From: a virus
Lineage: Duplodnaviria > Caudoviricetes
Length of the DNA stretch: 53,158 nucleotides
Virus record (IMG/VR): IMGVR_UViG_3300008952_000067
Location: 1-53,158 of that record
Direction: 5' to 3' (one strand)
A program made the position numbers and the translations under genes. Shown one piece after another: positions 19,168-27,336 of this stretch; positions within the stretch are counted from its first letter, which is position 1, and the number at the start of each line of letters is the position of its first letter. The notes under the pieces are model-generated. The model searched no databases, was not told the origin of the DNA, and worked only from the letters and a program-made list of their open reading frames with translations.

Positions 19168-19944
19168 TAGCTTTATCTCCTTAAATATCAGTCGTGTGCG
19201 TCTTCGGAGCCCATCATTACCAGACTCTCCTTCACTAAGTATTGCGTCATTGTATAAACTGAATGCCTCACGGTATAATTTCATGTATTTATTACGCACC
19301 AGCGCTCGCTGTGAGGTGGTCAACTTAGATTCATCCAGTCTGCCTAAGACCCTCTTAAACTTCCTGAACTTGCTTTCTAAACGCTTTACTCTATTCCGCT
19401 TCGTCGAGGACTTTCTCTCATTCTTAAGAAGCCGGGTTAGGGCCTCCGCCATTTCCTGACTTAATAAGAGGTCGTCTTCTCCTTCCGCAGATTCACCTTC
19501 ACCAACGTGCACGTCGACTGCACCTGTGTCTACCACAACGCTTCCGTCAGCTCCAATTTCCACATCTACATCCGCACCGGCAGGCACGTTAATAGAAGGG
19601 CCGGTTGAGCCGTCCATCGGAAGCTCACCGGCCAGATCTGGTTCTGCCGCGGCTGGAGGGGCTGCATCAAAGGCAGCAGGCTCAACAGCCATGGCATCTA
19701 AATCGATTGTCATAGGTGCACCATCCGCAGCAGGCGGGGCCTCGGAGGGCTCACCCTCGGGCTCTAGTGCAGCCAGTTCATCATCAACTGGCAATTCATC
19801 CTCTTCCCCTAAAAGTTCTCGCTCAATAAGATTGCGGATTCGGGGGGTGACCGCATCAATAATCTTGTTTTTTGCATTTTGCTCAGCCATCTCTCTAAGT
19901 TGCCTGGCTTCTGCAATTGCTTCTTGATATAGATTTGTTGACAT
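18145..19944 (-). CDS. Prohead core scaffolding protein (gp22-like position), long form
   Basis: LYQEAIAEARQLREMAEQNAK N-term; very acidic middle; C-term EMNLFNAKLLYANKL...LREAKLLY...RWAVLAGI; directly upstream of capsid; start taken at ATG 19944. Confidence 0.8.
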   Translation of the reverse strand: MSTNLYQEAIAEARQLREMAEQNAKNKIIDAVTPRIRNLIERELLGEEDELPVDDELAALEPEGEPSEAPPAADGAPMTIDLDAMAVEPAAFDAAPPAAAEPDLAGELPMDGSTGPSINVPAGADVDVEIGADGSVVVDTGAVDVHVGEGESAEGEDDLLLSQEMAEALTRLLKNERKSSTKRNRVKRLESKFRKFKRVLGRLDESKLTTSQRALVRNKYMKLYREAFSLYNDAILSEGESGNDGLRRRTRLIFKEIKLMAYNQRRGLFRTLFEGDEEQKEDEKQELDELDAVLTLEPADEDEATEVEDLLGDLAIEFEIETEEGEGEEDAGAEEGGEEEDLGGEMELEGYGESDVIVVDSSEEDEVVEIDENMLRRELRRMRRLQENDPVDGSGDSSFGGGDAGEEPFVDFTEDDLLNALEDELGDAPLPDVGPQPKGGDAMPESRRRRARRIAERRRRAARVARTRRNTNKVNESRKTRALGRQLVEYKKAVGSLRTQLTEMNLFNAKLLYANKLMQNRNVTPKQQRAIVEALDKAKTLREAKLLYQSLTASLNKGAKRSLREGRVITRGSSSKSTRSAGVKSGVEVDRWAVLAGIK

Positions 19945-20024
19945 ACTATAACTCACCTTGAAATGCTACTTCATAAATATTACGTCACGGGCAAAAGTTA
20001 CATACCGGTGACCATTAAATCGTA

Positions 20025-20243
20025 TCATCTTTTTTGATTTCTTAAATTCTTTAACATCCTGGACCGCCCCTCTCGCTTCTTGCGACGACGTTTCTGGGCC
20101 TTTGTCTCGAAAACTAATGATTGCTTGTACTCCCTAACAATATTCTCCTTTTTACAAAGTTTGTTAAACTTTCTTATCAATTGTTCGGTTGTACGAACCC
20201 TTCCGCCAAGCTCTACGCTGACGTTTGTCGGTTTTCTACCCAT
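20025..20243 (-). CDS. rpsU: Phage-encoded ribosomal protein bS21 homolog
   Basis: 72 aa, very basic; V.V.....EQLIRKFNKLCKKENIVREY....FETKAQKRRRKK fits the bS21 pattern (ALRRFKR..K.G...E.R.RE.YEKP...RKRK); ATG overlaps upstream stop (TGATG). Confidence 0.8.
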   Translation of the reverse strand: MGRKPTNVSVELGGRVRTTEQLIRKFNKLCKKENIVREYKQSLVFETKAQKRRRKKREGRSRMLKNLRNQKR

Positions 20244-20839
20244 CAAGTTAGTCCTGTTGCAAGCTCCTGTTCTTGATATATAGCTGCTATCAGCTTTCTT
20301 AGATCAATTACATTCTTTGCATCTTCTTCTTCTTGAGACAACATGTCTTCAAGACGATATATTGGATCCTCAGCAACACCCGTATCCACAATCGGTGGTG
20401 CACCAGCCCATCCGGCAGTATCACCGGTATGGACTTGGCCGGAAGACCTCGACGGCATCGCTGCATTGGTCTGCGCTGGGCCGGAAGTTCCTCCTAATAC
20501 TCCATCCATATTTTTGTATAAATCAGGCTTCGGTACCAGGTTATTTCTCATTACTGCATCCGTAAGCTTATCGTTACCAGCAACAAAGTAATGAGGATCA
20601 TTCTTCTTATCACTCATAAAGTCAGTTATATGATATCCCATATTAACTTTTTGGACAAACGCGTCGATGTCATCAACGTTAATAACGTCTTCTTCGGCCT
20701 CATGCTCATCCGGAGTGATATATGGAAATTCATTATGTGCTGTTTTCGGCACATGATAAGATGGATCTAGCTGCCCATACCCTAGGCCCTTTCTATCATC
20801 ATAGAATGGTCGGTTGTTTCCTGCGTTGCCTCGATCCAC
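20243..20839 (-). CDS. Hypothetical protein in head module (198 aa)
   Basis: ORF with GAGG SD; YDDRKGLGYG motif; C-term LRKLIAAI helix. Confidence 0.7.
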   Translation of the reverse strand: MDRGNAGNNRPFYDDRKGLGYGQLDPSYHVPKTAHNEFPYITPDEHEAEEDVINVDDIDAFVQKVNMGYHITDFMSDKKNDPHYFVAGNDKLTDAVMRNNLVPKPDLYKNMDGVLGGTSGPAQTNAAMPSRSSGQVHTGDTAGWAGAPPIVDTGVAEDPIYRLEDMLSQEEEDAKNVIDLRKLIAAIYQEQELATGLT

Positions 20840-20849
20840 GAACTGCCTC

Positions 20850-21392
20850 TTACTTAGACTTATTATAAGCGCCTACAGATGTAGGAGTACTTTTTCCTAG
20901 AATATAATTCTTAAGTTTGTGGCCTGATTGTTTCTTGGATGATGTAGCAGGATCTAGATCGGTCCCTTCCCCAATAAAGGGTGGGCGAGAGGTCTTATTT
21001 TTTTCCATATCATCAGGCGGATCTGGCTGATCGCTTGCATCCATGCTACCCACACCTGGGCTGGCTGGGTTTGGCATATGAGGTCCACCAGGCAATCCGC
21101 CACCCCCAGACTCTACATCTGCAATTTTAGGGGGCTTCTCACCGTCGGCACCTTTATTATAGTCACGATTGAACTTTGAAAAACAAAAGCCGTCCAGGAC
21201 TTGACCGTCCATGGCCAGCTTTTGATATTGCGCTTGGACATTTTCCCTGGTCAACGTTCCGTCATGGATTGGTGAGCCAGGGAAAGATGCCTTAAGCGAT
21301 TCCGTATTAGACCTAGATAACTCCTTCACACCTCCGAGCGCGCCTGTTCCACCTTCTGGGATATCGACAGTACTCTGATTGTGTGATGGCAT
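20850..21392 (-). CDS. Hypothetical Gly/Pro-rich protein, paralog of 21407..21883 (possible core protein)
   Basis: MPSH.Q.TV start; SPIH, NRDY, VESGGGGLP, PNP.SPG, LGKS shared with neighbour. Confidence 0.7.
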   Translation of the reverse strand: MPSHNQSTVDIPEGGTGALGGVKELSRSNTESLKASFPGSPIHDGTLTRENVQAQYQKLAMDGQVLDGFCFSKFNRDYNKGADGEKPPKIADVESGGGGLPGGPHMPNPASPGVGSMDASDQPDPPDDMEKNKTSRPPFIGEGTDLDPATSSKKQSGHKLKNYILGKSTPTSVGAYNKSK

Positions 21393-21406
21393 TCTCTAAA
21401 TTCCTA

Positions 21407-21883
21407 TTAGGACGGCGATGATTTGCCAAGACCATAGTCACCAAGTGTTTGGCTCGATAGAGCTTCAGATGATTTCTTTGGACTTAACTGCGAACCTACG
21501 CCTGATCCCCATGTATCGCCGGCTTTTGAACCGTAATTGTCTGGTGGATCGGCCTGGTCGGCTGCATTTTGACTTCCGTCGCCGGGAGATACTGGGTTTG
21601 GTACCCAGGCGCTAGCCGGAAGACCTCCGCCTCCGGTCTCAACGTCCCCATAATCAGGGGCATCAACGTAATCACGATTTAGAACACCAAATGTATGTCC
21701 TTGATCATTAACCTCCCCGTCTAGGGCGAGCTCTTGATACTGTCCGGAAACTCCATGCGCGGTTAAGTCAGACGTATGAATAGGAGACTTATTAAATATA
21801 GCGCTTAAAGCGGACGAATCGGCCTTTCCCTTATCGCGGGTTGTTACAACGGCTTCAACTGTTACTTGCTTATGTGATGGCAT
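21407..21883 (-). CDS. Hypothetical Gly/Pro-rich protein, paralog of 20850..21392
   Basis: Same motifs (NRDY, VETGGGGLP, PNPVSPG, LGKS); AAGGAG SD. Confidence 0.7.
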   Translation of the reverse strand: MPSHKQVTVEAVVTTRDKGKADSSALSAIFNKSPIHTSDLTAHGVSGQYQELALDGEVNDQGHTFGVLNRDYVDAPDYGDVETGGGGLPASAWVPNPVSPGDGSQNAADQADPPDNYGSKAGDTWGSGVGSQLSPKKSSEALSSQTLGDYGLGKSSPS

Positions 21884-21901
21884 GTGTAACTCCTTATGAA
21901 A

Positions 21902-22192
21902 CTATCGGCGTGCTTTTCTTACAATGCGTCGCTTTAGTTTTCTTTTTGCTTCATTTACTCTACGCAACTTTTTCTTTAACTTTGTTTCCTCAATCTTAAG
22001 CGCGGCTACAAAATCGATATCCTTAGAAATCGAATCTGCCTCCTCACCTGCCTCAGTTTCCTCAGCGTCAACCTTGGCGACATCTTCAATAGCTGCCTCA
22101 ATTGGATCAGACTCTCTCAACATCCGAGCCTTTTCTTCTAATACCAACCGCCGTAGCATGTTGGGTGTAAGTCTCTTAATTCGTCTTGACAT
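21902..22192 (-). CDS. Small coiled-coil protein, putative prohead core component
   Basis: Start reassigned to MSRRIKRLT (AGGAG SD); LRRLVLEE helix; MLRES possible protease site. Confidence 0.65.
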   Translation of the reverse strand: MSRRIKRLTPNMLRRLVLEEKARMLRESDPIEAAIEDVAKVDAEETEAGEEADSISKDIDFVAALKIEETKLKKKLRRVNEAKRKLKRRIVRKARR

Positions 22193-22263
22193 GTTTTTTC
22201 TCCTATTCACAATAAAAGCGAATCCTTTATACATATTTCGTTGGTGCGGAATTATACCAATAC

Positions 22264-22662
22264 TTACTCAGTTCCTGGAGCTTTTTCCGCAAAAGCTAAA
22301 GAAGCCCACCGATTAGCAGCATCTCCAAAAACCTCATCCGGATCGCTACCAGCCATTTGTCGGGTTGCACTATCACCTCCAGAGATCATTGGGCCACCCT
22401 TTTCTGCACCTAATTGTTCTTGCAATGTTGTTCGTGCAGTATCGGCAAAGATATCTGCCATTACAGGGTTATCAGTTAACCCTTGAACGGACTCATTAAT
22501 TGCAGTATCAAAATTCTCATTTCTTGCCGGCTCAACACTCCGCTTTCGTGTGCGTCGTGGGGAACTAGCTTGTGTCGTCTCAGCTAATAGACCCTCTGAA
22601 AGGATTTCCATTAGGCATTCTTTTACTAGACCCTTAAGTTGATTTCTATTTAATTTAGCCAT
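22264..22662 (-). CDS. Small protein, putative prohead core component
   Basis: LKGLVKECLMEILSEG N-terminal helix; IFADTA.TTLQEQ; C-term W..LAF. Confidence 0.7.
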   Translation of the reverse strand: MAKLNRNQLKGLVKECLMEILSEGLLAETTQASSPRRTRKRSVEPARNENFDTAINESVQGLTDNPVMADIFADTARTTLQEQLGAEKGGPMISGGDSATRQMAGSDPDEVFGDAANRWASLAFAEKAPGTE

Positions 22663-22672
22663 TTCGAAATCC

Positions 22673-23314
22673 TTAGCTTAATGAAGTGCCGGCAGTCCCA
22701 TCAGAAATTCCAACAATTCCTCTATAATCACAATTATATTGATTATCTATATTTGTTAATTCAGCAAAAAGACTCACGGGGCTGGCACCAACGCCTGTTA
22801 CATATACTCGTTTGCACTTTACGTCAATTTTTACTGACTCGCCGTCTGGTATAATCCAGTATGTACCGTTCTCTTTTACAGCAGATGTTGGACGATTATC
22901 AGTAACACCAGTAAAGTATGCATTTAACTCAGCATCTGTGACTTTGTCTCCTCTTGATATAACATCTACGGCAACACCGGTAGCATCAATATCGGCGCCG
23001 GCGCCATCAGAGCCAAGTTCACTTGGCACCCTTAGAGAACAAAAATACACTTGTACATTATTGCCAGAATCATTCTTTAATTGAATACTTTTTGCTAAAA
23101 ATGGAAACTCTATAACAGCATCATCATCATCAATAATATTACTGTCTGCAAAATACTCAGATGTTGCATCACCATCATTACCGGGATCTGGTAGTGTAAA
23201 CGTCTTAACCCAGGGCCGGCCGGAGGCTTGGTATTCTCCAACCGAACTAAGGCCTGGCTTAGCCCAGCCTAAGTTTCCTGCATTCGTTGTTCTATCTTTA
23301 TCAAAATAAGACAT
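22673..23314 (-). CDS. Putative virion beta-sandwich protein, paralog of 23314..23805
   Basis: MSYFDKDRT..AGNLGWAKPG...VGEYQASGRP; FPFL.K.I, FCSL, VKC..Y, FAE.TNI shared; carries an extra insertion. Confidence 0.7.
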   Translation of the reverse strand: MSYFDKDRTTNAGNLGWAKPGLSSVGEYQASGRPWVKTFTLPDPGNDGDATSEYFADSNIIDDDDAVIEFPFLAKSIQLKNDSGNNVQVYFCSLRVPSELGSDGAGADIDATGVAVDVISRGDKVTDAELNAYFTGVTDNRPTSAVKENGTYWIIPDGESVKIDVKCKRVYVTGVGASPVSLFAELTNIDNQYNCDYRGIVGISDGTAGTSLS

Positions 23315-23805
23315 TAACCTGAGATTCCTTCAATGTCATCAACATCTAGATTATACTCAGCAGCAATATTTGTAATCTCTGCAAAGACCTGAACATCTGC
23401 GCCGGCGCCGTTATCACCGTTTATATAGATTGAATGACACTTTACGTTAGCATCAAGCTCATCGTTTTGTGATAATCTCCAATAATTTCCATTTGCTAGT
23501 ACCGCAGAATCGCCGGCACTATCTGCATCTTCAACATTCAGACTACAAAAAGAAACAATTACGTCTTGAACACCCTTATTAACTACCTTTATTCTCTTTG
23601 AAAGAAATGGGAAGCTTACCTTATTAGCGGCATCATCAAAGACTGTGACAGTGCCACCGGTGATATTACCTGCATCAGCTGGAGCAATTCCACACTTTAC
23701 AAAGGGTCGGCCTGAGGCTTGAAACTCGCCAACAGCATTAATACCGGGCTTGGCCCAGCCTAAATTTCCTGCTGTGACTGTTCTATCTTTATCAAAATAA
23801 GACAC
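23314..23805 (-). CDS. Putative virion beta-sandwich protein, paralog of 22673..23314
   Basis: GTG start after GGAGGA; TAATG coupling to the next gene; motifs shared with paralog. Confidence 0.7.
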   Translation of the reverse strand: MSYFDKDRTVTAGNLGWAKPGINAVGEFQASGRPFVKCGIAPADAGNITGGTVTVFDDAANKVSFPFLSKRIKVVNKGVQDVIVSFCSLNVEDADSAGDSAVLANGNYWRLSQNDELDANVKCHSIYINGDNGAGADVQVFAEITNIAAEYNLDVDDIEGISG

Positions 23806-23807
23806 CT

Positions 23808-24416
23808 TTATTCCTCCCAGTCAAGAATATCGTTAAAAAGACGATCAATCCGGTCAGACTTCTTAAAGTGCTTACGTAAGTCCCTAGAGGAAATCTCCTT
23901 TCCTTCAGCCATCATAAAAGCCCCTGGCGTCGAGGGCTCTGAAACGAAATCCCAACATATTAACTGAAAGTCATCTTGTACCACCTGATTATCACCATCA
24001 TCGCGGGTCGACCCGACTCCACGAGATGATATCCCTAAGGTCACACCGGACTCAACAAGGGACTGGAGTATCTTTCCGCATGGGGTATCCAATAATTCCA
24101 CATTGCCATAACACACGCCACCATCCATGTAGGCTTCCCTAACAATATGTGAAACGTTCTTAAGCTCAACGACAGAAGAGTCGGGGTGATCACACTCACC
24201 TAATGCTCGATTCTCTCGAATAAACTTTTGATAATTTCGAACTTCTCTTTCCAGAATTGGTAACGGATATATTCGGCCATTCTGGTTTAAGGTATCTGCT
24301 TTTTGCAGAATCCCATTCATAATAATCTTTCCATTATTCTTTTCTCTGGACTCTTTGATCATATCTTTCGTATACTCAAATGGAGTCCAGCTTGTAAGCA
24401 ACTTACTCATCATCAC
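23808..24416 (-). CDS. Prohead protease (T4 gp21-like)
   Basis: GILQKADTLNQNGRIYP, ALGECDHP, VSHIV, GISSRGVGS, DFVSEPSTPGA. Confidence 0.95.
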   Translation of the reverse strand: MMMSKLLTSWTPFEYTKDMIKESREKNNGKIIMNGILQKADTLNQNGRIYPLPILEREVRNYQKFIRENRALGECDHPDSSVVELKNVSHIVREAYMDGGVCYGNVELLDTPCGKILQSLVESGVTLGISSRGVGSTRDDGDNQVVQDDFQLICWDFVSEPSTPGAFMMAEGKEISSRDLRKHFKKSDRIDRLFNDILDWEE

Positions 24417-25257
24417 CCTCCAAAAGCTCTGATTTTAACTGAGAGACTACCAGGAATCTAGAAATAGCTTCATCATCCACCGTCGTATGATCCAACTCTA
24501 GAATAACTTCTTTTACCCTATTCATCTTTTCATTCAAAACCTGATTGTCACAATCGTCTGAATACACACAAAGTTCTGCGTACAGGCTATTTTTCAGTTC
24601 TCCGAGATAAGACTTAAATTGATTTGTCTTTCCGCTGGATTTGCTAAACACATATTCCTTTATTAGCTCTTGTTGGTTGGTGTTGAGTGTATTACCGTAT
24701 TTACTATTAAATTTCTCTCGCATTATCTTAACAGACAGGTTACTAACTCCATCGTCCTTTAAGGTACCCAGGGTATCATCGGCCTTCTCTTTCATTAGCC
24801 ATCCGCAGACCTTATTCTCATAACTTGCTATCCGCGTGAGATCCGCATCTGTGCCGCGGCGCCAGTCATTTAATAACGTCTGGATTGTTGCATATGACCT
24901 ATACTCATCAATTCGTTGATTATAAAAAGATGCGTCATCAAAGGTATGGTTGATCTCCTTTATGAGTTGGGCCTTTTCTTTTCTAAGTTGTGTGCTGTCA
25001 GAATCGACGGCGGCCTTATGCGCTTCATTTAAGATTCTAGTAGCTAAAGCATCAGTACTGACGGTTGTTTTTACCAGCGCATTAAAAAGACGAAACTCTT
25101 TATAGAGCTGAGAACCTTTTGCGAAATTATTTCTTAGTATTGTCAGTGCATTATTGTATTTTTCTTGATCGTTATCAATAAGAGATTGAGCCATCGTACG
25201 TAACAATTGCTCATAAATAATCCCGACGTTTCTTTTCTTATTATGAGATTTACTCAT
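24403..25257 (-). CDS. Helical protein between portal and protease (putative head assembly factor)
   Basis: Start MSKSHNKKRNVGIIYEQL overlapping portal end; KFNSKYG..LN..Q..LIKEY motif; synteny. Confidence 0.7.
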   Translation of the reverse strand: MSKSHNKKRNVGIIYEQLLRTMAQSLIDNDQEKYNNALTILRNNFAKGSQLYKEFRLFNALVKTTVSTDALATRILNEAHKAAVDSDSTQLRKEKAQLIKEINHTFDDASFYNQRIDEYRSYATIQTLLNDWRRGTDADLTRIASYENKVCGWLMKEKADDTLGTLKDDGVSNLSVKIMREKFNSKYGNTLNTNQQELIKEYVFSKSSGKTNQFKSYLGELKNSLYAELCVYSDDCDNQVLNEKMNRVKEVILELDHTTVDDEAISRFLVVSQLKSELLEGDDE

Positions 25258-27283
25258 TATCTTCGGTATCCTCTTCATCACCAAGCATGATCTCTATGTC
25301 TAAATCGTCATCAAGACCATCATCACTCTCAGAAATTAATCTTTTCCTTGGAATATTTATGGCGTTGGCCAGCTTACCTAAGGTAGATTCTACTTCACGA
25401 GTCATCTTTGCATGTTGAACAATCTTATCATCTAAATATTGTCCGAGGCTTGGGCTACGTAGTACTGTATTCTCCTTGAATGGATCTTTAAAGAAGTTGT
25501 CATCAAAAGGCTTATTAAGCGAATCTTGATTCCGGCCTGCGCGGCCGACTGATGTCATCTTAACAAAATCCGGCATATGAGTTGATCCAGGACCAGCGTG
25601 AGTTTTTCGCTGTTTTCTTACGGGCTCATTAAAGATATTACGGATTTGCTTTTGGGCTTTAGCAGGAGCATCATCATCATTGATTGACAAGATTTGAACG
25701 TCATCGTCTTCTTCATCGTCTTCTTCATCGTCTTCTTCCCCTGGTCGAAGTGATGTTAAAAGTTTCTCATCATCTTCTGCCTTCATATCCCCGGCAAATA
25801 ATCCGCCACCTTCATCGCCGCCGGCATCATCACCGCCCATATCGCCACCGGCATCACCACCGGCATCGCCACCACCTTCAGCAGTCGCACCTTCGACTTC
25901 CATATCCTTAATTTTATCAGCGAGGCGACCCTCTTCAATTCTTGTAATTTGTTCATCCGTCAAGCCAAGAACCTGTTTTCGGATATATTCTTTGTCAACC
26001 ATACCCTCAGGCGCAGTTCCAGCAATTTCGAAACGTGCTCTAATTAATTCCAGCTTTTGCTGCTGTGCAACCGACGACGGATTTGACAACATAAGCTCAA
26101 AATCTAACAACGCCTCACCATCGTAACCGTGGGAGTATAGATGGATCATGGCTAATTTATTAAGCTCTGCTAAGACTGTTTTTTGAATCCTTTGGATCGT
26201 ACGGGAAAAACGGATATCCTCTTGAGCCAAAGTTGCCTTTGATCCAATCTCTTCATCATATCCTAGATATGCTCGAGGAATTTTAAGGGCGGCAAAAAGC
26301 TTTTTCTGAATGTATTCAACGTCTTCGATGGCAGAGGTATTTGATCCACCTGCCAGCGTCTCAATGCTAGTACCAGAATCAGCACCCCGGACCGGAAGAA
26401 AGTAATCTTCATCAACAGAAAGTGGATTATATCTAAGATCAACCTGGCCAGTAGTCTTATCAACTACAGCGTTTCTTTTAAGCGATGACTGGGCCTGCTC
26501 AAGGTACTCTGCAACATTTTCTGGTGGGACGTTTCCAACATCAATCTTAAAAACGCGGCGTTCCGGAGCACGAATGATGCGATAAACTAACATTGCATCT
26601 TCGATAAGAATAAGCTGGCGCCAGATTCTCCTTGCCGGCTCTAGAACAGATGAACCATATGGCAAAAATGCATCATTACCCAATAACCTAAAATGTGACA
26701 CCTGCCAATTCTCTAAGATCTGGTTACCTTGTGTAACCCATCTAAATCGTACCGCGGATGGATCTTCTGGATCAAACCCTTCCTCTCTCTCTATTTCAGA
26801 GATAGGAATTGGGAACATGTTGATTACACCAAACTCAGGTGAAACATCATTGAATAAGAAAAAGTCGCCGTACTTGCAGAGGTTCCTAATCCACATAACA
26901 AGGTTAAACTCAACATTTAGAGTATCATAAAACAATGTCTCCAAAAGCTCTCTAATCTTTCGGTTTTCTGAGTATATGTGGAGTACTATTCCTCCCTCAT
27001 CAGGAGAAGACGTCTCCTCTGAATATATGTCCAAGGCCGCAGATATTTCGGGCGTCGCCTCCATCTCAGAGAAATCACTATAGCGTGACATCCGGTCGAA
27101 CGAGCCATATGAGCTTAAAGTGTTGTTATATATGTCGTTATACGCACGGGTGAATGTCTCAACAGCAGAAGACGCAGACTTAGCTACATCAACTCCCTTA
27201 ATGCGTCTTTTAACCTGCGGACCTGACCTAAAAAGTGTAGTCAGGCGCTGGAATAAATTCTGATTTTTCGCTTTAGGAGCCAT
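25250..27283 (-). CDS. Portal protein (T4 gp20-like) with acidic C-terminal extension
   Basis: EDAMLVYRIIRAPERRVFKIDVGN, EDYFLPVRG, IETLAGG, DVEYIQKKLFAALKIP, EDIRFSRTIQRIQ. Confidence 0.97.
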   Translation of the reverse strand: MAPKAKNQNLFQRLTTLFRSGPQVKRRIKGVDVAKSASSAVETFTRAYNDIYNNTLSSYGSFDRMSRYSDFSEMEATPEISAALDIYSEETSSPDEGGIVLHIYSENRKIRELLETLFYDTLNVEFNLVMWIRNLCKYGDFFLFNDVSPEFGVINMFPIPISEIEREEGFDPEDPSAVRFRWVTQGNQILENWQVSHFRLLGNDAFLPYGSSVLEPARRIWRQLILIEDAMLVYRIIRAPERRVFKIDVGNVPPENVAEYLEQAQSSLKRNAVVDKTTGQVDLRYNPLSVDEDYFLPVRGADSGTSIETLAGGSNTSAIEDVEYIQKKLFAALKIPRAYLGYDEEIGSKATLAQEDIRFSRTIQRIQKTVLAELNKLAMIHLYSHGYDGEALLDFELMLSNPSSVAQQQKLELIRARFEIAGTAPEGMVDKEYIRKQVLGLTDEQITRIEEGRLADKIKDMEVEGATAEGGGDAGGDAGGDMGGDDAGGDEGGGLFAGDMKAEDDEKLLTSLRPGEEDDEEDDEEDDDVQILSINDDDAPAKAQKQIRNIFNEPVRKQRKTHAGPGSTHMPDFVKMTSVGRAGRNQDSLNKPFDDNFFKDPFKENTVLRSPSLGQYLDDKIVQHAKMTREVESTLGKLANAINIPRKRLISESDDGLDDDLDIEIMLGDEEDTEDNE

Positions 27284-27336
27284 TGATACCTCTTTTCACT
27301 ATAGAATATACAGTAATACTACTCAAAATAAATTGC

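Noticed and set aside
1638-27326. 13-bp match TTGAGTAGTATTA near 1638 (+) and 27314 (-)
   Set aside because: Opposite orientations, and 13-mer matches are expected by chance in 53 kb
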